Position numbers and translations under genes: made by a program
From: Tabrizicola sp.
Lineage (GTDB): Bacteria; Pseudomonadota; Alphaproteobacteria; Rhodobacterales; Rhodobacteraceae
Direction: 5' to 3'
NCBI RefSeq assembly: GCF_031377265.1
Contig: NZ_JANMET010000111.1
Coordinates: forward strand, 1-56,726
DNA: 56,726 nucleotides
Shown: positions 10,294 through 20,265 of the stretch, one piece after another
How positions within the stretch are numbered: position 1 is the stretch's first letter
Layout of the letters: every line of letters begins with the position of its first letter
The notes under the pieces: generated by a model
Database searches by the model: none
What the model saw: the letters and a program-made list of their open reading frames with translations, nothing else
What the model was told of the DNA's origin: nothing

Positions 10294-10614
10294 ATGTCCG
10301 ACAAGACGGATGGTCCCGGACAGGACACATCGCTGCTGACCAAGACAAAGACCAAGACGGAGCGTCCGCCTTTGTACAAGGTGATGCTTTTGAACGACGA
10401 TTACACGCCGATGGAGTTTGTCGTGCATGTGCTGGAGCGGTTCTTTGGCCTGAACCATGCGCAGGCCTTTGACATTATGCTGACGGTGCACAAGAAGGGG
10501 CTGGCGGTGGTTGGCGTGTTTTCCTTCGAAGTGGCGGAAACCAAGGTGGCGCAGGTGATGGATTTTGCCCGGCGTCATCAGCATCCGCTGCAATGTACGA
10601 TGGAAAAAGAGTAG
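10294..10614 (+). CDS. clpS: ATP-dependent Clp protease adaptor ClpS
   Basis: [27 protein letters not shown]...[15 protein letters not shown] is the ClpS core. The start is chosen at MSDKTDG. Confidence 0.9.
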   Translation: MSDKTDGPGQDTSLLTKTKTKTERPPLYKVMLLNDDYTPMEFVVHVLERFFGLNHAQAFDIMLTVHKKGLAVVGVFSFEVAETKVAQVMDFARRHQHPLQCTMEKE

Positions 10615-10662
10615 CGTCTTCAAGCCACCCATAAGGAATCAGGGGCGCTTTTGCGCCTGCCC

Positions 10663-11649
10663 ATGCGATCATCCCGACTGAATTTGGCGCTGGATACCGG
10701 CGCAGTGACGTTGCCGCCTGAAGGGCCGGTGGCCGTCTTCCGGCCCCGCGTCGGCGATGATTTGTCCGATCTTCCGAAAGAACGGGTGGTGGTGCTGACC
10801 GGCTTCAGGCCCGATGTCGAGCATTTCGCTGCGCGTGGCTATGCCGTGGAGCCAGCGGCGCCCTATGCAGCGGCGTTGGTCTGCCTGCCGCGCGCCAAGG
10901 CCGAGGCGCGGGCGCTTATCGCGCAGGCGGCGGCTGAGGTGGTGCCGGGAGGCCGGGTCATCGTCGACGGGCAAAAGACCGATGGCGTGGATGCGGTGCT
11001 GAAGGATCTGCGCAAGCGGGTGGCGCTGTCCGAAAGCCTTTCAAAGGCGCATGGCAAGCTGGCAAGCTTTGCCGCCGGGCCGGGGCTGGAAGATTGGGCG
11101 GCACGGCCAACCATCATCGAGGGCGGGTTTCAGACCCTGCCGGGGGTGTTTTCGGCCGATGCGCCGGACCGGGGGTCGGTCATGCTTGCCGCAGCGCTGC
11201 CGACCAAGCTCGGGCCGAAAGTGGCAGATCTGGGGGCGGGCTGGGGCTACCTCGCGCGCGCGGTTCTGGCGCGGGATGGCGTGAAGCGGCTGGATTTGGT
11301 CGAGGCGGAGGCGGCGGCGCTGGAGTGCGCGCGGGTCAACATCGTTGACGATAGGGTGCGGTTCCACTGGGCCGATGCCACCACGTTTCGCCCGGAAAAC
11401 CTTGTGGAAACGGTGGTTTGCAACCCGCCTTTCCATACCGGGCGCGATGCGGACGCGGGCCTTGGCGCGGCGTTCATCACCGCGGCTCGGCGGATGCTTG
11501 CGCCGGACGGGGTGCTGTGGCTGGTTGCAAACCGGCATCTGCCTTATGATGCGGTGCTGACCGCGCTGTTCCTTGATGTCGAGGAAATGGCCGGTGACGG
11601 AACCTTCCGCGTGATCCGCGCCAAAAAGCCCAAGCGAGCGAAACCGTGA
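10663..11649 (+). CDS. class I SAM-dependent methyltransferase, RsmC/RsmD-like (small MTS domain)
   Basis: DLGAGWGYL SAM-binding loop and the VVCNPPFH (NPPF) motif typical of N-methyltransferases acting on rRNA guanine N2. Confidence 0.7.
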   Translation: MRSSRLNLALDTGAVTLPPEGPVAVFRPRVGDDLSDLPKERVVVLTGFRPDVEHFAARGYAVEPAAPYAAALVCLPRAKAEARALIAQAAAEVVPGGRVIVDGQKTDGVDAVLKDLRKRVALSESLSKAHGKLASFAAGPGLEDWAARPTIIEGGFQTLPGVFSADAPDRGSVMLAAALPTKLGPKVADLGAGWGYLARAVLARDGVKRLDLVEAEAAALECARVNIVDDRVRFHWADATTFRPENLVETVVCNPPFHTGRDADAGLGAAFITAARRMLAPDGVLWLVANRHLPYDAVLTALFLDVEEMAGDGTFRVIRAKKPKRAKP

Positions 11650-11668
11650 CAGAATTCGGAGCCAGCTG

Positions 11669-12481
11669 ATGTCATTTTCCGTATCCGGCAAGACGGCCAT
11701 CGTGACCGGGGCCGCGAATGGCCTTGGCCTCGCCATCGCGCGGCATCTGGTCGACAAGGGGGCGAATGTGATGTTCGCCGACATCGACGAGGCACGGCTT
11801 GAGGACGAGGTCGGCGAAGAGGCGCGGGCCGAGCGTACCATCCGGATGTTCGCGGGCGATCTGACGCAAAAGCTGACCATCGCCAACCTGTTGTCGGCGA
11901 CGATGGATGCGTTTGACCGCGTGGATGTTCTGGTGAATGCCAGCCGCAAGGTAACGCTGTCGGAGGTGCTGAACCCGGATGCCGACGCGGTCGAAGAACT
12001 GTGGGATCAGAACCTTTTGACCGCGCTGCGGATGACGCAGATGACCGCGAAGCGGATGATCCAGCATGGTGCGAAGGCCGACGCGGAGCCTGGCACGATC
12101 CTTGGGTCGATCATCAACATCTCGTCGATCACCGCGCAGCATACGCGACCGGAACTGTTGGGTTATTCGATTGCGTCGGCGGCGATTGACCAGATGACCC
12201 GGTCGATGGCCGTGGCGCTGGCACCGAAGGGCATCCGCGTCAACGCCGTGGCCTTTGGCAGCGTGATGAGCGCCAGTTTGCAGACGGCGCTGAAGGACAA
12301 CCCCGATTTCCGCGACCAGATCACCGGGGGCACGCCGCTGGGCCGGATTGCATCACCGGGCGAGGTGGCCGAGGCGGTGCAGTTTCTGGCATCGGACGCG
12401 GCCGGGTTCATCACCGGGCAGGTGCTGACGGTGGATGGCGGGCGCAGCCTGATCGACCCGGTAAGCGCCCCGGCGCACTGA
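11669..12481 (+). CDS. SDR-family oxidoreductase
   Basis: TGAANGLGLAIA Rossmann motif, a downstream S...YxxxK-type region, and a length of about 270 aa. Confidence 0.85.
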   Translation: MSFSVSGKTAIVTGAANGLGLAIARHLVDKGANVMFADIDEARLEDEVGEEARAERTIRMFAGDLTQKLTIANLLSATMDAFDRVDVLVNASRKVTLSEVLNPDADAVEELWDQNLLTALRMTQMTAKRMIQHGAKADAEPGTILGSIINISSITAQHTRPELLGYSIASAAIDQMTRSMAVALAPKGIRVNAVAFGSVMSASLQTALKDNPDFRDQITGGTPLGRIASPGEVAEAVQFLASDAAGFITGQVLTVDGGRSLIDPVSAPAH

Positions 12482-12874
12482 TCATTCCGGGTGTTCGGCC
12501 TTGCACTGCGCGATCACCGGGGCGGCTGCCTTGGCCAGTTGTTTGCGTTTGGCTTGCAGGCCCTCAAGCTTTTTCGCCTCATCGGCCAGATCGATGGCTT
12601 TGGGCCGGGTGATCGTTTCCTCCACCTCGTCAAGGCACATGCGCGGCGGGGGTTGGACTTCGCCTTCGGGAACCTGTGGCACATCGCAATAGACCCAGGT
12701 CGGGGTCGAGATCGTGATCTGTTCATAGGCATAGCCGCGCTGAAGGTTGCCTTCGGTCTCGGTGATCAGGCGGTCTACGGTGCGCAGGTCGCGGGTGTTG
12801 CGGTTGATGCACTGTTCCTGCGGGGTTCCGCAGGCGGCAAGAAGGGCAAGGACGGGCAGGGCAAAGCGTTTCAT
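12482..12874 (-). CDS. hypothetical lipoprotein
   Basis: The internal start gives MKRFALPVLALLAACGTPQEQC, with lipobox LLAAC. Its stop abuts the SDR stop with no spacer (convergent genes). Confidence 0.55.
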   Translation of the reverse strand: MKRFALPVLALLAACGTPQEQCINRNTRDLRTVDRLITETEGNLQRGYAYEQITISTPTWVYCDVPQVPEGEVQPPPRMCLDEVEETITRPKAIDLADEAKKLEGLQAKRKQLAKAAAPVIAQCKAEHPE

Positions 12875-12999
12875 CGGGCGACTCGGGGCTGAGGCTGTGG
12901 GCGCAGGGTAAACCCTTGACGTTACGGTGCCAAATGTCCTGTTGGAAAGCCCGGCGCGGGAATGGTAGGCATGGCTCAATTGATTTTGGGAGGCAAGTG

Positions 13000-13860
13000 A
13001 TGACCGATCCGTTTGACACCCGCAAGACGCGCGCGGCAGCGTGGTTTCGCACCCTGCGGAACCAGATTGTCGAGGCGTTCGAGGGGCTTGAGGATCGGTA
13101 TGGGACAGGTGCCGTGGGCCGGTTCGAGGTTACGCCCACCGTTCGCGCCGATGGTGGCGGCGGGCTGATGAGCGTGATGCGCGGTGGGCGGGTGTTCGAA
13201 AAGGTTGGCGTCAACGTATCCGAAGTGCACGGGGTGCTGGGCGAGCGGGCGCAAAAGGCGATGGCGGCGCGCGGCGTGCCGGGCATGGCCGAGGACCCGC
13301 GGTTCTGGGCCAGCGGCATCAGCCTGGTGGCGCATATGGTCAACCCGCATGCCCCGGCAGTGCACATGAACACGCGGATGTTCTGGACGCCGGGGGCGGC
13401 ATGGTTCGGCGGCGGGTCGGACCTGAACCCGGCGATCGAATACCCTGAAGACACGGCGCATTTTCACGGTGCCATGCAGGCGGCCTGCGATGCGCATTCG
13501 CCCGACTATTTCCCCAAGTTCAAAGCCTGGGCCGATGAGTATTTCTTTGTGCCGCACCGGGGCCGGGCGCGGGGCGTGGGCGGAATCTTCTATGACGATC
13601 TGAACACCGGCGACTGGGAGGCGGACTTCGCATTTACCCAAGCTGTAGGGTTGGCGTTCTTGCCGGCCTTTGTGCCGGTCACCGAGCGCAGGGTGGGCAC
13701 GCCGTTCAGTGAAGACGACCGCGAGACGCAGTTGCGCCATCGTGGCCTTTATGCGGAATACAACCTTGTCTATGATCGGGGCACCAAGTTTGGGCTGGAA
13801 ACCGGGCATGATGCCAATGCCGTGCTGATGAGCCTGCCGCCGATTGCCAAGTGGTATTAG
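13000..13860 (+). CDS. hemF: oxygen-dependent coproporphyrinogen III oxidase
   Basis: The start at MTDPFDTRK gives about 287 aa. Conserved HemF blocks are present: FEKVGVNVS, HMNTRMF and RGVGGIFYDDL. Confidence 0.9.
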   Translation: MTDPFDTRKTRAAAWFRTLRNQIVEAFEGLEDRYGTGAVGRFEVTPTVRADGGGGLMSVMRGGRVFEKVGVNVSEVHGVLGERAQKAMAARGVPGMAEDPRFWASGISLVAHMVNPHAPAVHMNTRMFWTPGAAWFGGGSDLNPAIEYPEDTAHFHGAMQAACDAHSPDYFPKFKAWADEYFFVPHRGRARGVGGIFYDDLNTGDWEADFAFTQAVGLAFLPAFVPVTERRVGTPFSEDDRETQLRHRGLYAEYNLVYDRGTKFGLETGHDANAVLMSLPPIAKWY

Positions 13861-13869
13861 GGCGGCCCG

Positions 13870-14481
13870 GTGATTGATCTTGCAACACTTGCAAGCTTTG
13901 CGCTGACATCGACTTTGATCGAGATCACGCCGGGGCCGAACATGGCCTATCTGGCACTGGTTGCCGCGACCAAAGGGCGAAAGCCGGGCCTTGCTGCGGT
14001 GGCCGGGGTCGCGCTGGGGCTGGGGGTTCTGGGGGTGGCAGCAGCGTTCGGGTTGGACGCGCTGATCGCACAATCGCCCGTGGCTTATCAGGTGTTGCGC
14101 TGGTGCGGTGTGGCGTATCTGGCGTGGCTGGCTTGGGAAGCCTGGCGCGAAGCGGACGACCCGGCGGAACAAGTTGATCCAACGGCGTCACTAGGCCAGT
14201 ATTTCCGGCGTGGGTTGATCACCAATCTGCTGAACCCCAAGGCCGCGTTGTTCTACCTTGCGGTCTTGCCGGGGTTCCTTGCCCCTGACGCCGGCTTGGG
14301 CGATACGCTGACGCTGTCGGCGGTTTATGTGGGCGTGGCCACAGCCATCCACAGCGCGATTGTCATGGCCGCTGGTGCGGCGCAAGGCTGGCTTGCCGAT
14401 CCGCGCCGGACACGCCCGGTGCGGCGGGGCCTTGCGCTGGCGCTGTTGGCTGTGGCGGCATGGGTCGTTTGGAAGACCTGA
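13870..14481 (+). CDS. LysE/RhtB-family amino-acid exporter
   Basis: About 200 aa with 6 TM segments and the N-terminal EITPGPN motif characteristic of LysE translocators. GTG start. Confidence 0.85.
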   Translation: MIDLATLASFALTSTLIEITPGPNMAYLALVAATKGRKPGLAAVAGVALGLGVLGVAAAFGLDALIAQSPVAYQVLRWCGVAYLAWLAWEAWREADDPAEQVDPTASLGQYFRRGLITNLLNPKAALFYLAVLPGFLAPDAGLGDTLTLSAVYVGVATAIHSAIVMAAGAAQGWLADPRRTRPVRRGLALALLAVAAWVVWKT

Positions 14482-14493
14482 GGAGATTGGTTG

Positions 14494-14835
14494 ATGGCGG
14501 ATATCGAGATGACGGCGGCCTATGCGTCCATCGTCGAGGACGAGGGGCAACTGTTCGTGGGCTTTGCCGAGGGGGAGGACGAGGATGAGGGCTATGCGCT
14601 GTTTCGCCAGCCGGTGACGGGTGGGCCGGTCTGGTTTGAGGTGACGGACGAGGTGTTCGGCGGCTTTGACGCGGTGGAGCGGGCGGATGTCGTCGAAGGG
14701 CGGCTGACCGTCGTGATCCGGCCCGAGATGCAGATCCGGTTCGGCGGTGTGGCGCGGGTGCTGATCCACCTTGGCGACGCCGAAAGCGCCGCAGAGGCCG
14801 TGGCGGCGGTACACGGCATGTTAACGCAAGCTTAG
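14494..14835 (+). CDS. hypothetical small acidic protein
   Basis: Codon-plausible 113-aa ORF rich in D/E (GFAEGEDEDEGYALF) with no recognisable motif. Confidence 0.45.
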   Translation: MADIEMTAAYASIVEDEGQLFVGFAEGEDEDEGYALFRQPVTGGPVWFEVTDEVFGGFDAVERADVVEGRLTVVIRPEMQIRFGGVARVLIHLGDAESAAEAVAAVHGMLTQA

Positions 14836-14908
14836 CGGCATTGTTCGCGGCGATTGCGGGCTATATCAAAGCTGTGCGCGATGCCGCGCGGCATTCTAGG
14901 ACAGTTTC

Positions 14909-16381
14909 ATGCAACACAACGCCATGCCCGCTTCGGGCCAAGTGCCATTTCCAATTGTTCCGGGGCGCTGGATCGCGATGGCGGTGCTGCTGATTGCGGG
15001 GTTCATGAACCTGATCGACGTGACCATCGTCAACGTGGCACTGCCCAGCATGCAGGCGGCCTTTGACGCCACGAGCAGCCAGATCGAATGGGTCGTGGCG
15101 GCCTATATCCTGTTCTTTGCATTGCTGTTGCTGCCTGCAGGGCGGCTGGGTGACATCATTGGGCGGCGTGAGATGTTCATTGCCGGGGTGACGGTGTTCA
15201 CCATCGGCTCGGCGTTCTGCGGGTTGGCGCCGAGCATCGAGACGCTGGTGCTGGCGCGGATCGTGCAGGCGGCGGGGGCGGCGATGATGACGCCGCAAAC
15301 GCTGGCCATCGTGCCGGTGCTGTTTGCGCCCAAGGAACGCGGGGCGGCATTTGCGCTGGTCGGGTTGTCGGCGGGTCTGGCAGCGGTGGCGGGGCCGATT
15401 GCCGGCGGGCTGTTGATTGGTGCCGATATCTGGGGCCTGGGTTGGCGACCGATCTTTCTGGTCAACCTGCCGGTGGGGGTTTTCGCAATCCTTGCGGCGC
15501 TGAAGTACCTGCCGAAGGTCAAAGGCGATGCGGCGATGAAGAACGATTACATCGGCATTGCGATTGCCGCGGTGGCGCTGCTGCTGGTGGTTTTTCCGCT
15601 GATCGAGGGGCGGCAGGTTGGCTGGCCGTGGTGGTGCTTTGCGATGATGGCGGCATCGGTGCCAATGACTTGGGCGTTCGTGCGCTGGCAGTTTGCGCAG
15701 GCGGCACGCGGCGCGGCGCAACTGGTGCCGGTGACGTTGATGCGCAACCGAAACTTCATGGTCGGAACCGGGCTTGCGGCGGTTTTGTTCGCCGGTGTGC
15801 CAAGCTTTTTTCTGGTGTTGGCGATCTATCTGCAAGGCGGATACGGGTTATCCCCGCTGCAATCGGGGCTGACGACGGTGCCGTTTTCGGTGGGCGTGCT
15901 GATTGCGTCGGTGATTGCGGGGCCGCTGGGCCCGCGGTGGCAGCGCGAGCGGATCACGCTGGGCGCGCTGTTGCTGATGAGCGCGATGCTGGGCTTGCGC
16001 ATGGTGGTTGGCGGCACGGTTGACGAGGTGGTCTGGTCGGCCTTTGCGGTGCCGCTGTTCATCGGCGGACTTGGGCTTGGGACGTCGATCTCGCCGATGT
16101 TCCAGACGGTGCTGGCCAATGTGTCGGGCCACGATACCGGATCAGCGTCGGGTGCGCTGCAGTCGATGCAGCAGGTTGGCGCGGCGCTGGGGGTGGCGAT
16201 TGTGGGCGAGGTGTTCTTTTCGTCACTGATGCGCGCCGGGGGCGATCATCTGGCCTATGCCGGTGCGTTGCGGGCGGCGGTGCTGTGCACGGCGATCAGC
16301 TTCGGGTCGATTGCGCTGCTGGTCTGGATATTGCCAAAGCCTGCGCCCATCGCCGGAAGGCCCCCTGTCGCGGTCGATTAG
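14909..16381 (+). CDS. MFS transporter, DHA2 (EmrB/QacA-like, 14-TM) drug/H+ antiporter family
   Basis: 490 aa with many TM segments. It carries LIDVTIVNVALPSMQ and the GRLGDIIGRR motif typical of DHA2. Confidence 0.85.
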   Translation: MQHNAMPASGQVPFPIVPGRWIAMAVLLIAGFMNLIDVTIVNVALPSMQAAFDATSSQIEWVVAAYILFFALLLLPAGRLGDIIGRREMFIAGVTVFTIGSAFCGLAPSIETLVLARIVQAAGAAMMTPQTLAIVPVLFAPKERGAAFALVGLSAGLAAVAGPIAGGLLIGADIWGLGWRPIFLVNLPVGVFAILAALKYLPKVKGDAAMKNDYIGIAIAAVALLLVVFPLIEGRQVGWPWWCFAMMAASVPMTWAFVRWQFAQAARGAAQLVPVTLMRNRNFMVGTGLAAVLFAGVPSFFLVLAIYLQGGYGLSPLQSGLTTVPFSVGVLIASVIAGPLGPRWQRERITLGALLLMSAMLGLRMVVGGTVDEVVWSAFAVPLFIGGLGLGTSISPMFQTVLANVSGHDTGSASGALQSMQQVGAALGVAIVGEVFFSSLMRAGGDHLAYAGALRAAVLCTAISFGSIALLVWILPKPAPIAGRPPVAVD

Positions 16382-16391
16382 GCCCGCCAGA

Positions 16392-17300
16392 TCACGGCGT
16401 TTTGGCCTGCGCGCCAAGCAGCAGGCCAACACCCAGCACGATCACGGCCATGCCAAACATCTGCCGTTGGCTGACCGGTTGGCGAAACACGTAGGCCGAG
16501 ACGGCCTGCGCAAAGATCACTTCGACCAGCGCCAAGGTGCGGACGTTGGCAGCCGAGGTGAGCGAAAAGCCGATGAACCAGAATTGCGAGGCGAGCGCAC
16601 CGAGAAACCCCGCGCCAAGCGAACTGCGCCACACACCAAACGACGCGATGAGCGAGCGCCTGTCAAAAAGAACCATCCATATCAGTAAGATGCCAGCCTG
16701 AAGCGCCAGGCTAAGGGTAAGGATGGTGGTGGCACGGATCAGGAAATCGCCTGATGGCAGCGCCAGAATGCCGCCACGAAAGCCGATGGCAGCGGCCCCG
16801 AACAGCACGCCCGCCAGAAGGCCGGTCAGTGCCGGACCGACCTCGTGCCACTGGGTTGCGCCGGGCTTCAACGACATCACGAGAACCCCCGCCGTTGCCA
16901 CTGCAATCGCCCCCAGCATCGGCAGGGTCAGCGGGTCACCCAGCACGGCTGCCGCGATCAGGGCGACGAGGACTGGCTCGGTCTTGATCCAGGCGGTGGT
17001 GACAGCGAAGGCTTGCGATTTCATAGTGAAAAGCATCAGCGCGGTGGCCGCGATCTGGGACAGCGCGCCGATGGTGGTAAAACCGAGGGCCTGCGCTGTA
17101 AGCGGCGGAACCGATTGGCCACTGATGCCGGTGACGAGCCCGAGGAACAGGATCGCGAACGGCAGGCCGAACAGAAAGCGCACCTGCGTCGCCCCGATGG
17201 TGCCGATGGCGCGGGTCAGGCTGGCCTGGGTTGCATTGCGGGCGGTTTGGGCGGCGGCAGCAATCAGGGTCGCCGCGACCCAACCAAAGCCCATGATCAC
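16392..17300 (-). CDS. DMT-superfamily (EamA-like) transporter
   Basis: About 300 aa, 10 predicted TM helices and a two-repeat architecture. It overlaps the hemE stop by 4 nt. Confidence 0.8.
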   Translation of the reverse strand: MIMGFGWVAATLIAAAAQTARNATQASLTRAIGTIGATQVRFLFGLPFAILFLGLVTGISGQSVPPLTAQALGFTTIGALSQIAATALMLFTMKSQAFAVTTAWIKTEPVLVALIAAAVLGDPLTLPMLGAIAVATAGVLVMSLKPGATQWHEVGPALTGLLAGVLFGAAAIGFRGGILALPSGDFLIRATTILTLSLALQAGILLIWMVLFDRRSLIASFGVWRSSLGAGFLGALASQFWFIGFSLTSAANVRTLALVEVIFAQAVSAYVFRQPVSQRQMFGMAVIVLGVGLLLGAQAKTP

Positions 17301-18328
17301 CCGGCCCGCACCGTATCGATCATCAGTTGCACATTGGCTGGATCAGCCTCTGGCGTGATGCCATGGCCGAGGTTGAAGATATGCGGGCCGTTGCGGAACG
17401 CGCGGGCGACGTGCTGGGTGGCGGCCACCAGCGCTTGCCCGCCGGTGACCATGTGTTCCGGCGCAAGGTTGCCCTGAACGCAGCCGTCGATCTGCACATT
17501 CGCTGCGGCCCATTCCGGGCTGACGGAATTGTCGATGGCAACGCAATCGGCGCCGGTCTGGTGGCCGAAACCGATGTAGCCTTGCCCCGCCTCGCGCGGG
17601 AAGGCGATGATCGGGATATCCGGGTGGCGGGATTTGAGGGCGGCGATGATGCGGGCGGTGGGCGCGGTGGCAAAATCGCGGAAATCCTGACCCTTGAGCG
17701 AGCCTGCCCAGCTGTCGAACAGCTTTACCACTTCGACCCCGGCGCTGATCTGCATCGACAGGTATTCCACCGTCGCTTCGGCGATCCGGTCGATCAGCGC
17801 CTGAAATGTCGGGCGGTCGGTGTCTTTGAGCAGATGCGCAGCGGCCTGATCCTTGGAGCCCTTGCCTGCGATCATGTAGGTGGCCACGGTCCACGGCGCA
17901 CCGGCAAAGCCGATGAGCGTGGTTTCCTTTGGCAGTTCGGCGGCAAGAATGCGGACGGTTTCATAAATAGGCGACAGGGTGTCGTGGATCGCCTCGGTCG
18001 GTTTCAGGGCGTTGACCTGCCCCATGGTGGTGGTGGTTTCCATGCGCGGGCCTTCGCCGGTCTCAAACCACAGCTTTGGGCCAAGCGCCTGTGGCAGCAG
18101 CAGAATGTCGGCAAACAGGATGGCCGCATCAAACCCGTAGCGGCGGATCGGTTGCAGGGTCACTTCGGCGGCAAGCTCGGGGTTGTAGCACAGCGACAGA
18201 AAATCGCCGGCCTTGGCGCGGGTGGCCCGGTACTCCGGCAAATAGCGGCCCGCCTGACGCATCATCCAGATTGGCGGGGTGGGCAGGACCTCGCCCTTCA
18301 GGGCGCGCAGGATGGTTTTGTCGGTCAT
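17297..18328 (-). CDS. hemE: uroporphyrinogen decarboxylase
   Basis: The start at [34 protein letters not shown] carries the HemE signature. The listed ORF extends 67 codons upstream of this. Confidence 0.92.
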   Translation of the reverse strand: MTDKTILRALKGEVLPTPPIWMMRQAGRYLPEYRATRAKAGDFLSLCYNPELAAEVTLQPIRRYGFDAAILFADILLLPQALGPKLWFETGEGPRMETTTTMGQVNALKPTEAIHDTLSPIYETVRILAAELPKETTLIGFAGAPWTVATYMIAGKGSKDQAAAHLLKDTDRPTFQALIDRIAEATVEYLSMQISAGVEVVKLFDSWAGSLKGQDFRDFATAPTARIIAALKSRHPDIPIIAFPREAGQGYIGFGHQTGADCVAIDNSVSPEWAAANVQIDGCVQGNLAPEHMVTGGQALVAATQHVARAFRNGPHIFNLGHGITPEADPANVQLMIDTVRAG

Positions 18329-18385
18329 TCTCAGCCTTTCGGGTTTCGCCCATGGGTCGGCTGGCGGATGGCGCTTGTCAAGAGT

Positions 18386-18403
18386 TGTCAGGCCAGGATG
18401 ACA
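18386..18403. promoter_or_regulatory. candidate PpsR/CrtJ operator (TGTCA-N8-TGACA) in the hemE-hemC divergent region
   Basis: TGTCAGGCCAGGATGACA is an exact match to the TGT-N12-ACA / TGTCA-N8-TGACA palindrome. A second TTGTCA direct copy lies 10 bp upstream (18375..18380). Confidence 0.45.
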
Positions 18404-18420
18404 GATGTAAGCCTGTGCAG

Positions 18421-19371
18421 ATGAGCGAAGATTTGCCCCACCCCGCCAAACCCCTGAAGATCGGAACCCGTGGTTCGCCGCTTGCATTGTGGCAGGCGCA
18501 TGAGGTGCGAAGGTGCCTGATGCAGGCATTTGCCCTGCCCGAGGACGCGTTCGAGATCTGCGTGATCAAGGTGATGGGTGACCAGATCCTTGACAAGGCG
18601 CTGAAGGATATCGGCGGCAAGGGGCTGTTCACCCGCGAGATTGAAGAGGCACTGCTGGCCAGTGACATCGACATCGCGGTGCATTCGATGAAGGACATGC
18701 CGACGGTGCAGCCGGACGGGTTGATCATCGACTGCTACCTTGCGCGCGAGGATGTGCGGGATGCGTTCGTGTCGCCTTCGGTGCCGTCGCTCGCGGCATT
18801 GCCGCAGGGCGCGGTGGTGGGGTCATCATCGCTGCGCAGGCGGGCGCAACTGGCGCTGCGGCGGCCTGACCTGAAGCTGGTGGAGTTTCGCGGCAACGTG
18901 CAGACGCGGATGAAGAAGCTGGAAGATGGCGTTGCGGTGGCGACATTTCTGGCGATGGCGGGGCTGAACCGGCTGGGGCTGACGCATATGGCGCGCGGGC
19001 CGGTGGAAGTGGACGAGATGCTGCCCGCGGTCGCGCAAGGGGCCATCGGGGTGGAGCGGCGGCTGGATGACGCCCGGGTGGCGGGGTTGCTGGCCGCGAT
19101 CCACGACGGGCCGACGGGTATACGGCTGGCGGCGGAGCGGGGATATCTGGCCACGCTGGACGGGTCTTGCGAGACGCCGATTGCCGGGCTGGCGGTGATC
19201 GAGGGTGAGACCCTGTGGCTGCGCGGCGAGATTTTGCGGCCCGATGGTTCCGAGGCCATTCAGGGCGAGCGGCGTGGCTTGGCGGCGGATGCGGGCAACA
19301 TTGGCAGGGCCTTGGCGGACGATCTGCTGGCGCGTGCGCCGCAGCGGTTTTTCGCTTGGCAGAAGGCGTGA
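18421..19371 (+). CDS. hemC: hydroxymethylbilane synthase (porphobilinogen deaminase)
   Basis: The start at [26 protein letters not shown] carries the HemC signature. The listed ORF 18076..19371 has a long implausible 5' extension overlapping hemE. Confidence 0.92.
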   Translation: MSEDLPHPAKPLKIGTRGSPLALWQAHEVRRCLMQAFALPEDAFEICVIKVMGDQILDKALKDIGGKGLFTREIEEALLASDIDIAVHSMKDMPTVQPDGLIIDCYLAREDVRDAFVSPSVPSLAALPQGAVVGSSSLRRRAQLALRRPDLKLVEFRGNVQTRMKKLEDGVAVATFLAMAGLNRLGLTHMARGPVEVDEMLPAVAQGAIGVERRLDDARVAGLLAAIHDGPTGIRLAAERGYLATLDGSCETPIAGLAVIEGETLWLRGEILRPDGSEAIQGERRGLAADAGNIGRALADDLLARAPQRFFAWQKA

Positions 19372-19413
19372 CACTGTTCGGCTTCTTACAATTCCGATAT
19401 TAGACTGTTACAT

Positions 19414-20163
19414 TTGCGTTACACGTCAATGGTGGACATTATGCCGGCCGCTACCTCTTTGCTATTGAAAGAACTGGTTTTTCGGCTGTCGATGGAGGCC
19501 CCGGCACGGGTGCGATCCTTGACCCTGCCAGATGGCCGGCGGTTCTGGTTGAAGCGGGTTGAGGTGTTGCCGCTGCGGATGCGACTGCAAAAGGGCAACG
19601 CAGCGGCGGCCTTTGAGGCCGAGCGGACGGGATTGCGTGTTCTGGGTGAGGTTGGCCTGCCGGTGGCGCCTATTGCGCTGGATGGGCCGGACTTTCTGGT
19701 GCTGTCGGATGTGGGGAGGACCCTGAACCTTTTGTTGCGGCAGGCCCCGCTGGAGGAGCGGCTGAGGGCGTTTCGGGCTGCGGGCCTGTCGCTGGCACGG
19801 CTGCATCGGGCGGGGTTCGTGCATGGGCGACCGGCGATCCGCGACATCTGCTGGGACGGGACGCAGGCGCGGTTTATTGATCTGGAGCGGTTCTCGGTGG
19901 CGCGGCGCGGACGTCTGCATCAGGCGCTGGATGTGGTGATGTTCGTGCAGACCGTAATGACGGCGACCAATGGTTCCGTGCCGGAACTGGATGCAGCGCT
20001 GGACGCGTATGTGTCAGCGGCACCGGTTGAAGTGATGCCGATGGTGCGCCGGGTGGTTCGCTGGCTGGGGTGGCTGCGGCCGCTGGCGAATGCCGTCTTG
20101 CGCCTGCGCCCGCAATCGCGGGAACTTGCGGCGGTGCCGTTGACGCTGGCGCGGTTACGGTAA
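19414..20163 (+). CDS. protein-kinase-like fold protein (Kdo/LPS-kinase or RIO-like), possibly non-canonical
   Basis: LHRAGFVHGRPAIRDICWDG...ARFIDLERF resembles the catalytic loop and the DFG-equivalent of small bacterial kinases, but reads HGR where HGD is expected. Start is ambiguous (19414 TTG, 19429 or 19441 ATG). Confidence 0.45.
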   Translation: MRYTSMVDIMPAATSLLLKELVFRLSMEAPARVRSLTLPDGRRFWLKRVEVLPLRMRLQKGNAAAAFEAERTGLRVLGEVGLPVAPIALDGPDFLVLSDVGRTLNLLLRQAPLEERLRAFRAAGLSLARLHRAGFVHGRPAIRDICWDGTQARFIDLERFSVARRGRLHQALDVVMFVQTVMTATNGSVPELDAALDAYVSAAPVEVMPMVRRVVRWLGWLRPLANAVLRLRPQSRELAAVPLTLARLR

Positions 20164-20177
20164 CCGCGTGTTGTAGC

Positions 20178-20210
20178 GGCGAAGCGGGGGTTTCGCACCC
20201 CCGCACCCCC
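20178..20210. repeat. intergenic repeat/hairpin element, copy D (also a likely bidirectional terminator)
   Basis: GGCGAAGCGGGGG-TTTCGCA-CCCCCGCACCCCC. It has a 7-bp G/C stem (20184..20190 / 20198..20204), lies between convergent genes, and shares GGCRAAGCGGGGG...CCCCCGCACC with 24215..24244. Confidence 0.5.
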
Positions 20211-20265
20211 GTGGAGCATTATCCCGAAGAACAATGACATTTTGGTCAAGTCATGGGGAAACTGG

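Noticed and set aside
12976-14172. 398-aa ORF on the minus strand
   Set aside because: It is antisense to hemF and the LysE exporter and has junk-like R/P/H composition.
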